Shown: positions 1 to 10,936, counted from the first letter of the stretch. The stretch is 64,000 nucleotides of DNA from Alphaproteobacteria bacterium (GCA_015062285.1 SUUY01000001.1:30622-94621), one strand, 5' to 3'. Translations and numbers: made by a program. Notes: a model not told the origin generated them from the sequence alone.

Positions 1-56
1 GTTGGCTTTTTGAATATTTGGGAAAGTCAACCAATTAAGAAAAGGAAATAAATATA

Positions 57-785
57 ATGCGTACGGGTCTAATCGCAAAAAAACTTGGAATGTCTCGCGT
101 ATTTGAAATGGACGGAACTCATGTTCCTGTTACCGTTTTGCACGTGGACGGTCTTGAGGTTGTTAGCGTCAGAACCAAAGAGAAAGACGGTTATACCGCC
201 GTTCAGCTGGGCTGTGGCAACGTTAAGGCCAAGAACCTTTCTAAACCGTTGAAAGGTCATTTCGCCAAGGCTAATGTTGAACCAAAGCAGAAATTGGCAG
301 AATTCAGAGTTTCTGATGATTGCTTGTTGTCTGTTGGTGATAAATTATCTGTAGAACATTTTGTTCCAGGGCAATTTGTTGATGTTTGCGGAACATCTAT
401 CGGTAAAGGTTTTGCCGGTGTTATGAAGCGTCACAACTTTGCCGGTTTGGAAGCTTCTCACGGTGTGTCTATTTCTCACCGTTCTCATGGTTCTACAGGA
501 CAAAGACAGGATCCCGGTAAGGTATTTAAAGGCAAAAAAATGGCCGGACATATGGGTGATGAACGTGTTACTGTTCAAAACCTGAAGGTTATTTCGGTTG
601 ATGCTGATAAAGGCTTGATTATGGTTAAAGGTGCTGTTCCCGGTTCTGAAAACGGCTGGGTATATGTAACCGATGCTATTAAGAAAGTTGCCAGCGTTGC
701 TTTGCCAATGCCAGCCGGTTTGAAAAAAGTTGATGAACCTGTTGCAGTTAAAGCCGATGCTGAAGTTGCGGCTGATAATGCATAA
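57..785 (+). CDS. rplC: 50S ribosomal protein L3
   Basis: N-terminus [16 protein letters not shown] typical of L3; first gene of the conserved L3-L4-L23-L2 order. Confidence 0.93.
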   Translation: MRTGLIAKKLGMSRVFEMDGTHVPVTVLHVDGLEVVSVRTKEKDGYTAVQLGCGNVKAKNLSKPLKGHFAKANVEPKQKLAEFRVSDDCLLSVGDKLSVEHFVPGQFVDVCGTSIGKGFAGVMKRHNFAGLEASHGVSISHRSHGSTGQRQDPGKVFKGKKMAGHMGDERVTVQNLKVISVDADKGLIMVKGAVPGSENGWVYVTDAIKKVASVALPMPAGLKKVDEPVAVKADAEVAADNA

Positions 786-804
786 GATATAAGGATTTGA
801 AATT

Positions 805-1425
805 ATGAAACAGGACATCTTAAATTTAGAAAATAAAAATGTTGGTTCTATTGAACTTGACGAATCTATCTTCGGTTTGGAAGTTCGTGCTGACATTTTA
901 CATAGAGTTGTAGTTTGGCAATTGGCCAGATTGCAATCTGGAAATCATAAGACCAAAGGTCGTTCAGAGGTTGCTTTGACTCCTGCAAAACCATTCAAGC
1001 AAAAAGGTGGTGGTAGAGCTCGTCAAGGTTCTCGTAAAGGAACACAATTTAGAAAAGGCGGTATCGTGTTTGGTCCGGTTGTTCGTGATCATTCTCATGA
1101 ATTGACCAAGAAATTTAGAAAACTTGGTTTGAAAACCGCTCTTTCTGCAAAAGCAAAAGAAGGTAACTTAGTTATTATCGATGAAGCTAAACTTGCTGCT
1201 CCAAAGACTAAAGATCTCCAAGCTAAATTAGCTGCTTGCGGTTTGTCTAACAGCTTGTTCATTGATGGTAAGGAAGTTGATATGAACTTTGCTCTTGCTA
1301 CAAGAAACATTAACGGTGTTGATGTTTTGCCGACCATTGGTGCCAATGTTTATGACATCTTGAGAAAAGACAAATTAGTTTTGACTAAAGATGCTGTTGT
1401 TTGCTTAGGAGAAAGATTGAAATGA
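805..1425 (+). CDS. rplD: 50S ribosomal protein L4
   Basis: Follows rplC; length and [10 protein letters not shown] region fit L4; ATGA overlap with next gene. Confidence 0.9.
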   Translation: MKQDILNLENKNVGSIELDESIFGLEVRADILHRVVVWQLARLQSGNHKTKGRSEVALTPAKPFKQKGGGRARQGSRKGTQFRKGGIVFGPVVRDHSHELTKKFRKLGLKTALSAKAKEGNLVIIDEAKLAAPKTKDLQAKLAACGLSNSLFIDGKEVDMNFALATRNINGVDVLPTIGANVYDILRKDKLVLTKDAVVCLGERLK

Positions 1426-1739
1426 GTAAGTCCAGCAAAACAAACAATGTAACTGCAAAAATGTATGACACTCTCGTACGTCCGGTTATTACTGAGAAGT
1501 CTATGATTTCTTCTGAAGCCGGTAAGGTTACTTTTTTGGTTCCTTTGTCTGCCAGCAAAGATGATGTTAAAGCTGCTGTTGAAGCAATCTTTAATGTTAA
1601 GGTAAACAAAGTTAATACTATTCGTCAATTCGGTAAAGAGAAACGCTTTAGAGGTTATGTCGGTACACGTTCTGACTTCAAGAAGGCTGTTGTTACTTTG
1701 GCCGAAGGTCAAAACATTGATGTTACTACAGGAATTTAG
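1422..1739 (+). CDS. rplW: 50S ribosomal protein L23
   Basis: Position between L4 and L2; start moved to ATG 1422 (RBS ggagaaag upstream, ATGA overlap with rplD stop); ORF track start 1401 probably too early. Confidence 0.85.
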   Translation: MSKSSKTNNVTAKMYDTLVRPVITEKSMISSEAGKVTFLVPLSASKDDVKAAVEAIFNVKVNKVNTIRQFGKEKRFRGYVGTRSDFKKAVVTLAEGQNIDVTTGI

Positions 1740-1741
1740 AA

Positions 1742-2578
1742 ATGGCATTGAAAAATTATAAGCCCACATCTCCTGGACTTCGTCAGCTCGTTATCGTTGA
1801 TAGAAGCGAGTTGTACAAAGGTAAACCCGAAAAAACTTTGACTGTCGGTCTTACAAAGACAGGTGGTCGTGATAACTTCGGTCATGTTACCAGTCGCAGA
1901 ATTGGTGGCGGTCATAAACGCAAATTACGCGTGATTGACTTCAAACGTAATAAGTTCGATTTAGAGGCTACTGTTGAGAGAATCGAATATGATCCTAACC
2001 GCTCAGCTTTCATTGCTTTGATTAGCTATGAAGATGGCGAGAAGGCTTATATTTTGGCTCCTCAAAGATTAAAAGCCGGTGATAAGGTTGTGTCTTCTGC
2101 AAAAGCAGACATTAAACCAGGAAACGCTATGCCTTTGAAGAGTATGCCTGTCGGTACTATTATTCATAACGTTGAACTCAAAGCAGGAAAAGGCGGACAG
2201 TTGGTTCGTTCTGCCGGTTGCTATGCTCAGTTGGTTGGTAAAGACGCCGGCTATGCTCAGCTTAAGCTTTCCAGCGGTGAGTTGCGTGTTGTTCGTGAAG
2301 AGTGCTTGGCTACTGTAGGTGCTGTTTCGAACCCGGATAACCAGAACAAATCTCTTGGTAAGGCCGGCCGCAATCGTTGGTTGGGTAACCGTCCGGTTTC
2401 TCGTGGTGTTGCCATGAACCCGGTTGATCACCCGCACGGTGGTGGTGAAGGTCGTACCTCTGGTGGTCGTCACCCAGTGACACCTTGGGGTAAACCAACT
2501 AAGGGATATAGAACTCGTACTAACAAAAAGACGGATAAATTCATTATGAGAAGCCGTCATGAAAACAAAAAGAAATAA
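1742..2578 (+). CDS. rplB: 50S ribosomal protein L2
   Basis: 278 aa, C-terminal HPHGGGEGR motif characteristic of L2. Confidence 0.95.
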   Translation: MALKNYKPTSPGLRQLVIVDRSELYKGKPEKTLTVGLTKTGGRDNFGHVTSRRIGGGHKRKLRVIDFKRNKFDLEATVERIEYDPNRSAFIALISYEDGEKAYILAPQRLKAGDKVVSSAKADIKPGNAMPLKSMPVGTIIHNVELKAGKGGQLVRSAGCYAQLVGKDAGYAQLKLSSGELRVVREECLATVGAVSNPDNQNKSLGKAGRNRWLGNRPVSRGVAMNPVDHPHGGGEGRTSGGRHPVTPWGKPTKGYRTRTNKKTDKFIMRSRHENKKK

Positions 2579-2590
2579 GGAGATTTGCAT

Positions 2591-2869
2591 ATGACACGTT
2601 CCGTATGGAAAGGGCCGTTTGTTGATGGCTATCTTCTGAAAAAAGCAGAAGCTGCTAGAGCTTCCGGCCGTAATGAAGTGATTAAAATCTGGTCCCGTCG
2701 TTCTACAATGTTGCCACAGTTTGTTGGTTTAACATTCGGTGTCCACAATGGTCACAAGTTTATTCCAGTATTGGTTACTGAGGATATGATTGGTCACAAA
2801 TTTGGTGAATTTGCTCCGACACGTACATTCTACGGTCACGCAGCAGATAAGAAAGCTAAGAGAGGTTAA
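2591..2869 (+). CDS. rpsS: 30S ribosomal protein S19
   Basis: [13 protein letters not shown]-terminus; RBS aaggag upstream; start chosen at second ATG. Confidence 0.9.
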   Translation: MTRSVWKGPFVDGYLLKKAEAARASGRNEVIKIWSRRSTMLPQFVGLTFGVHNGHKFIPVLVTEDMIGHKFGEFAPTRTFYGHAADKKAKRG

Positions 2870-3246
2870 TGATGAGCAAATCTAAAGATGCTAGAAGAGT
2901 TGCTGCAAACGAGGCTTTGGCCGTTTGCCACTCTATTCGTACTTCTCCTCGCAAGCTGAATTTGGTTGCTGAGTCAATTCGTGGCAAAAGTGCTTCAAAA
3001 GCTGTTGCTGAATTGAGCTTTTCGAAGAAGAGAATCGCAAAAGTTGCTTTGGCTGTTTTGCGTTCTGCAATCGCAAATGCTGAGAATAACCACCAATTGA
3101 ACATTGATAAGCTTTTTGTTAAAGAAGCTTTCGTGGGCAAAGGTTTAGTAATGAAACGTATGCACGCAAGAGGTCGTGGTAGAGGTGCTAGAGTATTGAA
3201 GCCTTTCTCTAACATGACTGTTGTTGTTGCTGAGCGTGGGGAGTAA
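2869..3246 (+). CDS. rplV: 50S ribosomal protein L22
   Basis: Conserved position and size; AIANAENN-like L22 motif. Confidence 0.9.
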   Translation: MMSKSKDARRVAANEALAVCHSIRTSPRKLNLVAESIRGKSASKAVAELSFSKKRIAKVALAVLRSAIANAENNHQLNIDKLFVKEAFVGKGLVMKRMHARGRGRGARVLKPFSNMTVVVAERGE

Positions 3247-3250
3247 ACTA

Positions 3251-3919
3251 ATGGGACAAAAAGTAAATCCTACCAGTCTTCGTCTCGGAGTTAACCGTAC
3301 TTGGGACTCTCGTTGGTACGCAGATGAAAAATATGCTGATTACCTCCACGAAGATGTAAAAATAAAAGAATTTCTTAAAGAAAAATTGGCTCAAGCCGGT
3401 ATTAGCAAAATCGTGATTGAACGCCCTGCTAAAAAAGCTCGTGTTACTATTCACTCTGCTCGTCCGGGTGTAGTAATCGGCAAAAAAGGTCAAGATATCG
3501 AAGTTTTGCGTAAAGAAATTCAAAAAATGACTGATTCCGAAGTTCAATTGAACATTTTGGAAGTTAGAAAACCTGAACTAGATGCTCAGCTTGTAGCTGA
3601 TAGCGTTGCTCAGCAGTTGGAGCGCCGTGTGGCTTTCCGTCGTGCTATGAAGCGCGTTATGCAGTCTGCTTTGCGTTTGGGTGCTGAAGGTATAAAGGTT
3701 AGCTGCTCTGGCCGTTTGGGTGGCGCAGAAATTGCTAGAACCGAACATTACCGTGAGGGTCGTGTTCCTTTGCACACATTGCGTGCTGACATTGATTATG
3801 CAACCTCAACAGCTCACACCACATATGGTGCCTGTGGCATTAAAGTTTGGATCTATAAGGGTGATATTATGGCTCATGATCCAATGGCTCAGGACAAAAA
3901 GCTGGCTGAACAGAAATAA
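3251..3919 (+). CDS. rpsC: 30S ribosomal protein S3
   Basis: [14 protein letters not shown]-terminus; KH domain; start trimmed from ORF-track 3221 to 3251. Confidence 0.92.
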   Translation: MGQKVNPTSLRLGVNRTWDSRWYADEKYADYLHEDVKIKEFLKEKLAQAGISKIVIERPAKKARVTIHSARPGVVIGKKGQDIEVLRKEIQKMTDSEVQLNILEVRKPELDAQLVADSVAQQLERRVAFRRAMKRVMQSALRLGAEGIKVSCSGRLGGAEIARTEHYREGRVPLHTLRADIDYATSTAHTTYGACGIKVWIYKGDIMAHDPMAQDKKLAEQK

Positions 3920-3931
3920 GGTGAATAAGAA

Positions 3932-4357
3932 ATGTTAAGTCCTAAAAGATTAAAATTCCGCAAACAGCATAAAGGTCGTATTCACGGCTTGGCCAAAGGC
4001 GGATCAACCTTAAGTTTCGGTTCATTCGGTTTGAAGGCTTTGTCTCCAGAGCGCATTACTGCTCGTCAAATAGAGGCAGCTCGTCGTGCTATTACTCGTG
4101 AGATGAGAAGAGCCGGAAGACTATGGATCCGTATTTTCCCAGATGTGCCGGTTACAGATAAACCAGCCGAAGTTCGTATGGGTAAAGGTAAGGGCTCTGT
4201 AGAGTTCTGGGTTGCTAGAGTTAAACCTGGTCGTATTCTGTTTGAAGCAGAAGGAATCGACGAAGAAACAGCTCGTTCTGCATTTGCATTGGGTGCTGCT
4301 AAATTGCCGGTTAAGACCAAGTTCGTTAAAAAACTTAATTCAGAGCAAGGAGCTTAA
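3932..4357 (+). CDS. rplP: 50S ribosomal protein L16
   Basis: [17 protein letters not shown]-terminus. Confidence 0.93.
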   Translation: MLSPKRLKFRKQHKGRIHGLAKGGSTLSFGSFGLKALSPERITARQIEAARRAITREMRRAGRLWIRIFPDVPVTDKPAEVRMGKGKGSVEFWVARVKPGRILFEAEGIDEETARSAFALGAAKLPVKTKFVKKLNSEQGA

Positions 4358-4359
4358 TT

Positions 4360-4557
4360 ATGGTAAAAACTAAAGATCTTCGTGCGATGAGTATTGATGA
4401 ACTCGAAGCTAAATTGTTGGAATGCAAAAAAGAACAATTTAATTTGAGAGTGCAACAATCTACTGGACAATTACAAAATACTGCTGTATTAAGAAGTGTC
4501 CGTCGTGAAGTGGCAAAAATCAACACGCTCCTCGCTGAGCGCAAGAAGAACAGTTAG
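4360..4557 (+). CDS. rpmC: 50S ribosomal protein L29
   Basis: 65 aa, position between L16 and S17. Confidence 0.88.
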   Translation: MVKTKDLRAMSIDELEAKLLECKKEQFNLRVQQSTGQLQNTAVLRSVRREVAKINTLLAERKKNS

Positions 4558-4568
4558 GAGAAGTAAAT

Positions 4569-4817
4569 ATGCCTAAAAGAATTCTTCAAGGTGTTGTTGT
4601 TAGTGATAAACAGGACAAGACAGTTACTGTTTTGGTAGAACGTCAAGTTATGCACCCTGTTTATAAAAAATTCATCAAAAAGAGCAAAAAATATGCTGCT
4701 CATGATGAAAACAATCAGTATAAAGTTGGCGACACTGTTCGTATTATCGAATCTGTGCCTTATTCAAAAACTAAGTGCTGGACTGTTATGTCTTCTGAGG
4801 AAGGCAACAACGCCTAA
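4569..4817 (+). CDS. rpsQ: 30S ribosomal protein S17
   Basis: 82 aa, last gene of S10 operon. Confidence 0.9.
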   Translation: MPKRILQGVVVSDKQDKTVTVLVERQVMHPVYKKFIKKSKKYAAHDENNQYKVGDTVRIIESVPYSKTKCWTVMSSEEGNNA

Positions 4818-4960
4818 GATGATTTGGCCGAATAGAGCGTCATCAAAATAGATTATTTGTGGTGGCGGGAGTCGTTTGCTTTCGCTACCACGTATAAATC
4901 TTTAAGATTGAGGTTCGTGGCCGAATATAAAAAAACAAAAAAAAGAAAAGGAATTGAAAA

Positions 4961-5329
4961 ATGATTCAAATGCAAACCAACCTTGATGTAGCCGACAACT
5001 CAGGCGCTCGTCAGGTGCAGTGCATTAAGGTGCTTGGCGGCTCCAAAAGAATGCATGCTTCTGTTGGCGACGTTATTGTGGTAGCTATTAAAGATGCTAT
5101 TCCTAAGGGTCGTGTTAAGAAGGGTGATGTTATGAAAGCTGTTATTGTTCGTACAGCTTCTGATATCAGACGCAAGGACGGATCTGTAATCCGTTTCGAC
5201 AAGAATGCTGCCGTTTTGATTAACAAAGACGGTGAGCCGATCGGTACTCGTATCTTTGGTCCTGTTACCAGAGAATTACGTGCCAAGAAATTTATGAAAA
5301 TTATTTCATTAGCACCGGAGGTATTATAA
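4961..5329 (+). CDS. rplN: 50S ribosomal protein L14
   Basis: [18 protein letters not shown]-terminus, 122 aa; first gene of spc operon. Confidence 0.95.
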   Translation: MIQMQTNLDVADNSGARQVQCIKVLGGSKRMHASVGDVIVVAIKDAIPKGRVKKGDVMKAVIVRTASDIRRKDGSVIRFDKNAAVLINKDGEPIGTRIFGPVTRELRAKKFMKIISLAPEVL

Positions 5330-5637
5330 TGCCTAAATTAAAAATTAAAAAGGGTGACCAAGTTGTAATTTTGTCAGGTGATGACAAAGGCAAGACTGGT
5401 GAAGTAGTAAAATCTATGCCTAAAGAGAACAAAGTTGTTGTTCAAGGTGTTAACTTGGTGAAGCGTCACACAAAGCCAAGTCAAACAAACCCGGGCGGAA
5501 TTGTTACTAAAGAAGCACCGATCCATGTTTCTAACGTGGCTTTGGCTAAAGACGGAAAACCTACTAAAGTAGGATACAAGTTCGTTGATGGCAAAAAAGT
5601 GCGTGTTGCTCGTAAAACCGGTGACGTAATCGATTAA
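5329..5637 (+). CDS. rplX: 50S ribosomal protein L24
   Basis: KOW-domain protein in conserved position. Confidence 0.9.
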   Translation: MPKLKIKKGDQVVILSGDDKGKTGEVVKSMPKENKVVVQGVNLVKRHTKPSQTNPGGIVTKEAPIHVSNVALAKDGKPTKVGYKFVDGKKVRVARKTGDVID

Positions 5638-6191
5638 TGGGAGAAAAATTTATGGCTAATTTTGAAACATTGTACAATGATGTCATAAAAAAATCTCTTG
5701 TGGAGAAATTCGGTTACACCAACCCACATGAGATTCCAAAGCTGACTAAAATTGTATTGAATATCGGTGTCGGCGATGCTGTTACCGATAAGAAAAAGCT
5801 CAACAACGCAATGGAAGAGCTTGCTTTGATCGCAGGCCAAAAGCCAGTTATGACAAAGGCTCGCAAATCTATTGCTACTTTTAAGTTGAGAGAAGGTATG
5901 CCAATTGGCTGCAAAGTGACTTTGCGTTCTACCAGAATGTATGAGTTTCTTGAAAGACTGATTAATATGGCTTTGCCTCGCGTTAGAGACTTTCATGGTA
6001 TTACCGGAAAGAATTTTGACGGACGTGGCAACTTTTCTTTCGGTATTAAAGAGCAAATCATTTTCCCCGAAATCAACTATGATAAAGTTGAAAATATTCG
6101 TGGTATGGATATTTGCATTTGCACTACCGCAAAGACAGATGAAGAAGCTAAGGCTCTTCTGACCGGCTTTAACCTTCCTTACAAGAAATAA
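5637..6191 (+). CDS. rplE: 50S ribosomal protein L5
   Basis: Conserved position and size; true start may be ATG 5652. Confidence 0.9.
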   Translation: MGEKFMANFETLYNDVIKKSLVEKFGYTNPHEIPKLTKIVLNIGVGDAVTDKKKLNNAMEELALIAGQKPVMTKARKSIATFKLREGMPIGCKVTLRSTRMYEFLERLINMALPRVRDFHGITGKNFDGRGNFSFGIKEQIIFPEINYDKVENIRGMDICICTTAKTDEEAKALLTGFNLPYKK

Positions 6192-6203
6192 GGGGAAAAC
6201 AGA

Positions 6204-6509
6204 ATGGCAAAAACAAGTTCAGTTTTCAGAAACGAAAAAAGAGCTAAATTGGCTGAGAAATATGCTGCTCGCCGTGCAAAGCTCAAAAAGATAGTTATGG
6301 ATAGAACAATCTCTCCGGAAGAGAGATTCCAAGCTACTTTAAAATTGGCTGAGATGCCTCGTAACTCTGCAAAAATTCGTTATCGCAATCGTTGCAAGAT
6401 TACAGGTCGTTCTCGTGGTGTTTACCGGAAATTCGGTTTGTCTCGTAACGAGTTACGTGATATGGCAAGCTTTGGTGAAATTCCCGGTTTGGTTAAATCT
6501 AGCTGGTAG
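6204..6509 (+). CDS. rpsN: 30S ribosomal protein S14 (long form)
   Basis: 101 aa, C-terminal RYRNRC motif. Confidence 0.9.
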   Translation: MAKTSSVFRNEKRAKLAEKYAARRAKLKKIVMDRTISPEERFQATLKLAEMPRNSAKIRYRNRCKITGRSRGVYRKFGLSRNELRDMASFGEIPGLVKSSW

Positions 6510-6523
6510 AGGAGATACGAGAT

Positions 6524-6922
6524 ATGTCTATGTCTGATCCTTTGGGCGATATGCTCACACGCATTAGAAACGCACAAAGAGCGAAGAAGAGTGAAGTCGT
6601 ATCACCTGCTTCTCGCTTGCGTGAAAATGTTTTGGAAGTTCTCAAAAAGGAAGGCTATATCTTAGGTTATGAAAGATATAATGTTCGTCCGGGTATTGAT
6701 GAACTCCGTATTAAGTTGAAGTATCATGAGGGTGCTTCTGTAATTACTGAAATTTACCGTGTATCTACTCCGGGTCGTAGAGTTTATTCTTCGGTTAAAG
6801 ATTTGCCCAGAGTATATAACGGTCTTGGTATTTCTATTATTTCTACACCAGCCGGTGTTATGAGCGACAACGATGCTCGTAAGGCTAATGTTGGTGGTGA
6901 AATTTTGTGCCAAGTGTTTTAA
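6524..6922 (+). CDS. rpsH: 30S ribosomal protein S8
   Basis: [16 protein letters not shown]-terminus. Confidence 0.93.
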   Translation: MSMSDPLGDMLTRIRNAQRAKKSEVVSPASRLRENVLEVLKKEGYILGYERYNVRPGIDELRIKLKYHEGASVITEIYRVSTPGRRVYSSVKDLPRVYNGLGISIISTPAGVMSDNDARKANVGGEILCQVF

Positions 6923-6934
6923 GGGAGAAATAGG

Positions 6935-7474
6935 ATGTCTAGAATTGGTAAATATCCGGTTATCGTCCCTGAAGGCGTTAAAGTTGCTATTGAAGGAAAT
7001 GTTGTTAAGGCCAGCGGTAAGCTTGGTGAATTGACACAATCTTTTGATGCAGATCATGTTGCCGTTGAAATCAAAGACAACACAGTTGTGGTTTCTCCGA
7101 AATCTGAGACAAAACAGTCTCGTGCTTTGTGGGGAACAACCAGAGCAAACATCAATGTTATTGTTAAAGGTGTTAGCGAAGGTTATAGCAAGAATTTGGA
7201 ATTAGTTGGTGTGGGTTATAAGGCTCGCGTTGAGGGTTCTAACAAATTGGTTCTTTCTTTGGGATTTTCTCATGATGTTCCTGTTGTTGCTCCTGCAGGC
7301 ATTAAGGTTGCTTGCCCAAGCGCAACCCAAATCACTGTATCTGGTGCTGATAAGCAACTTGTTGGTCAGTTTGCTGCGGAAATTCGCAAATTTAGAAAAC
7401 CTGAACCATATAAAGGAAAAGGTGTGAAGTATGAAGGCGAATACATCCGTCGTAAAGAAGGCAAGAAGAAATAA
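6935..7474 (+). CDS. rplF: 50S ribosomal protein L6
   Basis: MSRIGKYPV N-terminus, 179 aa. Confidence 0.93.
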   Translation: MSRIGKYPVIVPEGVKVAIEGNVVKASGKLGELTQSFDADHVAVEIKDNTVVVSPKSETKQSRALWGTTRANINVIVKGVSEGYSKNLELVGVGYKARVEGSNKLVLSLGFSHDVPVVAPAGIKVACPSATQITVSGADKQLVGQFAAEIRKFRKPEPYKGKGVKYEGEYIRRKEGKKK

Positions 7475-7486
7475 GGAAAAAAATAA

Positions 7487-7849
7487 ATGAGTACACCAAG
7501 AGAATTGTTTGAAAAGAGAAGAGGTCGCGTTAGATCTGCTCTTAAAAAGGCTGCAAATGGCAAAATGAGATTGTCTGTTTTTCGCAGCAACATGCACGTT
7601 TATGCTCAAATCATTGACGATGCTAAAGGTGTTACCGTTGCTTCTGCCTCCACACTGGAAAAAGAAGTTCGTGATAACATTAAAAAGTCTTCTAACATTG
7701 AAGCTGCAAGCTTTATCGGAAAATTAGTTGCTGAAAGAGCAATCAAGTCCGGTGTTAGTGAAGTAGTTTTTGATCGTGGCGGATATATCTATCATGGTCG
7801 TGTTAAGGCTTTGGCTGATGCAGCTCGTGAAGCTGGTTTGAAATTCTAG
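7487..7849 (+). CDS. rplR: 50S ribosomal protein L18
   Basis: Conserved position and size. Confidence 0.9.
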   Translation: MSTPRELFEKRRGRVRSALKKAANGKMRLSVFRSNMHVYAQIIDDAKGVTVASASTLEKEVRDNIKKSSNIEAASFIGKLVAERAIKSGVSEVVFDRGGYIYHGRVKALADAAREAGLKF

Positions 7850-7860
7850 GAGTTTGAAAA

Positions 7861-8424
7861 ATGGCACAACAAGCTGATCGTCATAATAAGACAGAAAAAA
7901 GAGAAGAATTGGTTGAAAAACTGGTTCATGTTAATCGTGTAGCTAAGACTGTTAAAGGTGGTCGTACCATGTCTTTTGCTGCTATCGTTGTTGTCGGTGA
8001 CCAAAAAGGTCGCGTTGGTTTTGGTTCAGGCAAAGCTAGTGAGGTTCCTGAAGCTATTACCAAAGCTACTAACGAAGCTAAGAAAAATATGGTTCGTATC
8101 CCATTGCGTGAAGGTAGAACTTTGCACCACGATGTTGCAGGTCGCTTTGGCGCCGGAAAAGTGTTCTTAAGAACAGCTCCTGCCGGTACCGGTGTGATTG
8201 CAGGTGGCTCAATGCGTGCAATCTTTGAAGCTTTGGGCGTACAAGACGTAGTTGCTAAATCTTTGGGTTCTAATAACCCATACAATATGATTAAAGCTAC
8301 CTTTAATGCTTTGCAGGCTATTAATTCTCCTCGTATGATTGCTGCAAAACGCGGTAAGAAAGTTGGAGACATTGTTAGCCGTCGTGAAAATACTAACGCT
8401 AAACTTAGCGTAGAGGAGGCTTAA
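7861..8424 (+). CDS. rpsE: 30S ribosomal protein S5
   Basis: [13 protein letters not shown] motif. Confidence 0.93.
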   Translation: MAQQADRHNKTEKREELVEKLVHVNRVAKTVKGGRTMSFAAIVVVGDQKGRVGFGSGKASEVPEAITKATNEAKKNMVRIPLREGRTLHHDVAGRFGAGKVFLRTAPAGTGVIAGGSMRAIFEALGVQDVVAKSLGSNNPYNMIKATFNALQAINSPRMIAAKRGKKVGDIVSRRENTNAKLSVEEA

Positions 8425-8426
8425 TC

Positions 8427-8612
8427 ATGGCAAGCAAAAAGACAATTAAAGTTACCCAAATTAAAAGCCCTATCGGTCGTCCGGAATCTCAGAGAGCAAC
8501 CTTGATTGGTTTGGGATTGAACAAGATGAACAAAACTTCTGAGCTAGAAGATACTCCATCTGTTCGCGGTATGATTAGAAAAGTGGCTCACTTGGTAAAA
8601 GTCGAAGAGTAG
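8427..8612 (+). CDS. rpmD: 50S ribosomal protein L30
   Basis: 61 aa, conserved position. Confidence 0.88.
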   Translation: MASKKTIKVTQIKSPIGRPESQRATLIGLGLNKMNKTSELEDTPSVRGMIRKVAHLVKVEE

Positions 8613-8623
8613 TAAATTTGCAA

Positions 8624-8705
8624 AGGAGGTGTCATACTGGGAATTTTTTCTCTTATGTACTGGTTTGTACACTGCGTTCAAAAATTCCTTCGTAGCACAC
8701 CTCCT
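8624..8705. promoter_or_regulatory. Long imperfect hairpin between rpmD and rplO pairing an SD-like AAGGAGGTG with an anti-SD-like CACCTCCTT
   Basis: aggaggtgt (8624-8632) pairs with acacctcct (8697-8705); inner ggaattttt (8640-8648) pairs with aaaaattcc (8680-8688); sits in a 140-bp spacer that is normally absent between these genes. Confidence 0.5.
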
Positions 8706-8752
8706 TATCAAATTTTTCTAAATCGTGCTTTATTTTATTTAGGATAAGAAAA

Positions 8753-9205
8753 ATGAAACTTAACGAAATTAAAGATAACCAAGGTGCAAGAAAAGATCGT
8801 AAGCGTGTTGCACGTGGAATGGGTTGTGGTTCCGGTAAAACAGCCGGCCATGGTCAAAAAGGTCAGAAATCTCGTTCCGGTGTAGCTATCAACGGTTTTG
8901 AAGGCGGTCAAATGCCTATTTACCGTCGTTTGCCAAAACGTGGTTTTAATAATCCTTTTGCTAAGGAATATGCCGTTGTTAACTTGGATACTATTCAAAA
9001 GGCTGTTGATGCAGGTAAATTGAATGCAGAAGAAATTTCTGTTGAGGCTTTGAAATCTGCCGGCATTATCAACAAGACTTTGGACGGTGTTCGTTTGTTG
9101 GCTCGTGGCGCTATTACATCTAAAGTTAATGTTACTGTTAACTCTGCTTCTAAAGCTGCTGTTGCAGCCGTTGAAAAAGCAGGTGGTAAAGTTACCTTGG
9201 CTTAA
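8753..9205 (+). CDS. rplO: 50S ribosomal protein L15
   Basis: 150 aa, conserved position, Gly-rich N-terminal region. Confidence 0.92.
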   Translation: MKLNEIKDNQGARKDRKRVARGMGCGSGKTAGHGQKGQKSRSGVAINGFEGGQMPIYRRLPKRGFNNPFAKEYAVVNLDTIQKAVDAGKLNAEEISVEALKSAGIINKTLDGVRLLARGAITSKVNVTVNSASKAAVAAVEKAGGKVTLA

Positions 9206-9228
9206 TTAGCTTTAAAGCGTATGAGAAA

Positions 9229-9257
9229 AGCTGTCTCAATTTGAGACAGCTTTTTTT
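9229..9257 (+). terminator. Rho-independent terminator after rplO
   Basis: agctgtctcaa-tt-tgagacagct followed by a run of 7 T. Confidence 0.8.
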
Positions 9258-9315
9258 GTTGCAATAGATATTTTTTTTATTAAAATGGAGCAAATTTTAT
9301 ACATCTTAAATTAGT

Positions 9316-9726
9316 ATGTTTATTGAAAAAGAATTATTAGTAGAAGCACAAGAATGGTTTGCCAAGACGTTTGGCGGTTCTTGTAAAGAAAAAGGGTTTC
9401 CTTGTGTAAGGGTTTGGTATCGGCCAATATTTTTTAAGAAGCAAGCCGAGGTCGTGTTTGGTATGAATGAAGAAGCGGTAGATGCTTTTGTTGAAATCCA
9501 ATCAAGGCTCTATAAAAGTTTGCGGTGGTTGATGTTTTATTTGATAATGGCTGTTCCGTTGGAATGTTTGGCTGTAAAGTGGTTTGGGGCTGTCGGCTTC
9601 TGGAGTATTTTGGCTTTGACAGTAGCAGTCGGAATGGCTTTTGTGATGTTTCCTCGTTATTTGAGGAGAAAAGAAAAGCTTTATCAAGGAAAGGTAATTG
9701 TTTATTCTGTTAGAGAATGGGAATAA
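9316..9726 (+). CDS. Hypothetical small membrane protein (two predicted TM segments)
   Basis: ORF inserted between rplO and secY; hydrophobic stretches LMFYLIMAVPLECLAV and FWSILALTVAVGMAFVMF; followed by a terminator. Confidence 0.45.
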   Translation: MFIEKELLVEAQEWFAKTFGGSCKEKGFPCVRVWYRPIFFKKQAEVVFGMNEEAVDAFVEIQSRLYKSLRWLMFYLIMAVPLECLAVKWFGAVGFWSILALTVAVGMAFVMFPRYLRRKEKLYQGKVIVYSVREWE

Positions 9727-9748
9727 CAATTTGTCAGAAGAAAGTTAA

Positions 9749-9770
9749 GGCGCCTTTGTGGCGCCTTTTC
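9749..9770 (+). terminator. Rho-independent terminator
   Basis: ggcgcc-tttgt-ggcgcc followed by tttt. Confidence 0.7.
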
Positions 9771-9895
9771 TGTATTTACTTAATCTTAAAAATATGGTAG
9801 TATAGAACATATATTAACAAAACCAAGAGTTTAGTGATATGTGTAACAGTGTACAAAAACAACCAGCAAAATATGATGTGAAAGTGGCAAAAATC

Positions 9896-9942
<47 letters not shown>

Positions 9943-9992
9943 TTAAACTCTGCTGAGAAAAAGTTTTTTTATAAATATAAATGGAGGAAAAA

Positions 9993-10874
9993 ATGTTTGA
10001 TTGGCTGAAAAAGAAAACTAAATCGGAAGTTGAGGTGGATAAAAAAGTTGAAGCTTCGTTTGTTGAAAATAAGGTTAATGATACTTTTATTGATAATGAA
10101 GAATGGAAAGTTGGTAAAAAGGAAACTGTTGAAACTAGCGATAAAAAAGAAAAAAGAAAAAGAAATTATAAAATAGAAGCAAAAACAAGTGATTTAGTAT
10201 TTGATTTGTCGATAGAAGAAATATTTGATGAAATAACGAATAAAGGTAGCCTAAAGGCTGTTTTGCGAACAGGTAAAAAAGGTGGTGATTTTGAGGATGT
10301 TATGGAATTTGAGCATAACGGAAAATTGCCAGAACATGGGGATAAAAGGTTTTCTTTACGTAAAGATTTTTTGCATTCGTTAAAAATGAAAATTAAACGC
10401 AAAAGAGTCGAATCTGCTCAAAAGCTAATTAGAGATGCAGAAGAAGCGGCTCTTCAAAAGTCAATTAGAGATGCAAAAGGTGCGGCTCTTCAAAAGTCAA
10501 TTAGAGATGCAAAAGGTGCGGCTCGTCAAAAGCTAATTAAAGATGCAAAAGTTGCGGCTCGTCAAAAGCTAATTAGAGATGCAAAAGGTGAAAAGCTAAT
10601 TAGAGATGCAGAAGGTGCGGATTTGGATATCCGAAGAACAGAAATATTAATGAGTGTTTTGACGCTCGTAAAAGATGATGTTTTTAATAAAAATGAAAAG
10701 CCTAATGCAAAGTCTTTGGCACGTGAGGAAAAGAGAGCTTCTGCAAGAAATAAATTTCAACATGAAGAAGTTGCAAGAAAAGAAGATGAGAAAGCAAAGC
10801 GAAAAGGAAATGGTTTGCAAAAAGAGGCTTTACAACAATTGTTGCTAGGCAAAAAAGCAAAAAGCCAAGGATAG
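9993..10874 (+). CDS. Lys/Glu-rich low-complexity protein with 12-aa tandem repeats (consensus QKSIRDAKGAAL)
   Basis: RBS ggagg 6 nt before ATG 9993 (ORF-track start 9981 is an upstream in-frame ATG); 5.5 copies of a 36-nt unit at 10420-10620. Confidence 0.6.
   Translation: MFDWLKKKTKSEVEVDKKVEASFVENKVNDTFIDNEEWKVGKKETVETSDKKEKRKRNYKIEAKTSDLVFDLSIEEIFDEITNKGSLKAVLRTGKKGGDFEDVMEFEHNGKLPEHGDKRFSLRKDFLHSLKMKIKRKRVESAQKLIRDAEEAALQKSIRDAKGAALQKSIRDAKGAARQKLIKDAKVAARQKLIRDAKGEKLIRDAEGADLDIRRTEILMSVLTLVKDDVFNKNEKPNAKSLAREEKRASARNKFQHEEVARKEDEKAKRKGNGLQKEALQQLLLGKKAKSQG
10420..10620 (+). repeat. 36-nt in-frame tandem repeat, ~5.5 copies
   Basis: Unit caaaag(t/c)(c/t)aattagagatgca(a/g)aaggtgcggctc(t/g)t repeated head to tail. 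Confidence 0.9.
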
Positions 10875-10901
10875 CAGATTTTTTGTTGAAGTTACTGTAA
10901 T

Positions 10902-10936
10902 AAAACCCGTTAATATGTTTGGTGACGGGTTTTATT
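10902..10936 (+). terminator. Rho-independent terminator
   Basis: aaaacccgt with a 14-nt loop, then acgggtttt and a T-rich tail. Confidence 0.65.

Noticed and set aside
345-896. 183-aa antisense ORF overlapping rplC/rplD (and similar antisense ORFs at 1350-1769, 2069-2590, 6662-7057, 7202-7609, 7926-8372)
   Set aside because: They lie entirely antisense within highly conserved ribosomal protein genes and have low-complexity composition. They are spurious six-frame artefacts.
4905-4930. tRNA-like T-arm sequence gaggttcgtggcc in the rpsQ-rplN spacer
   Set aside because: No complementary acceptor stem, D-arm or anticodon arm can be built around it. The flanking match is a direct repeat, not a reverse complement.
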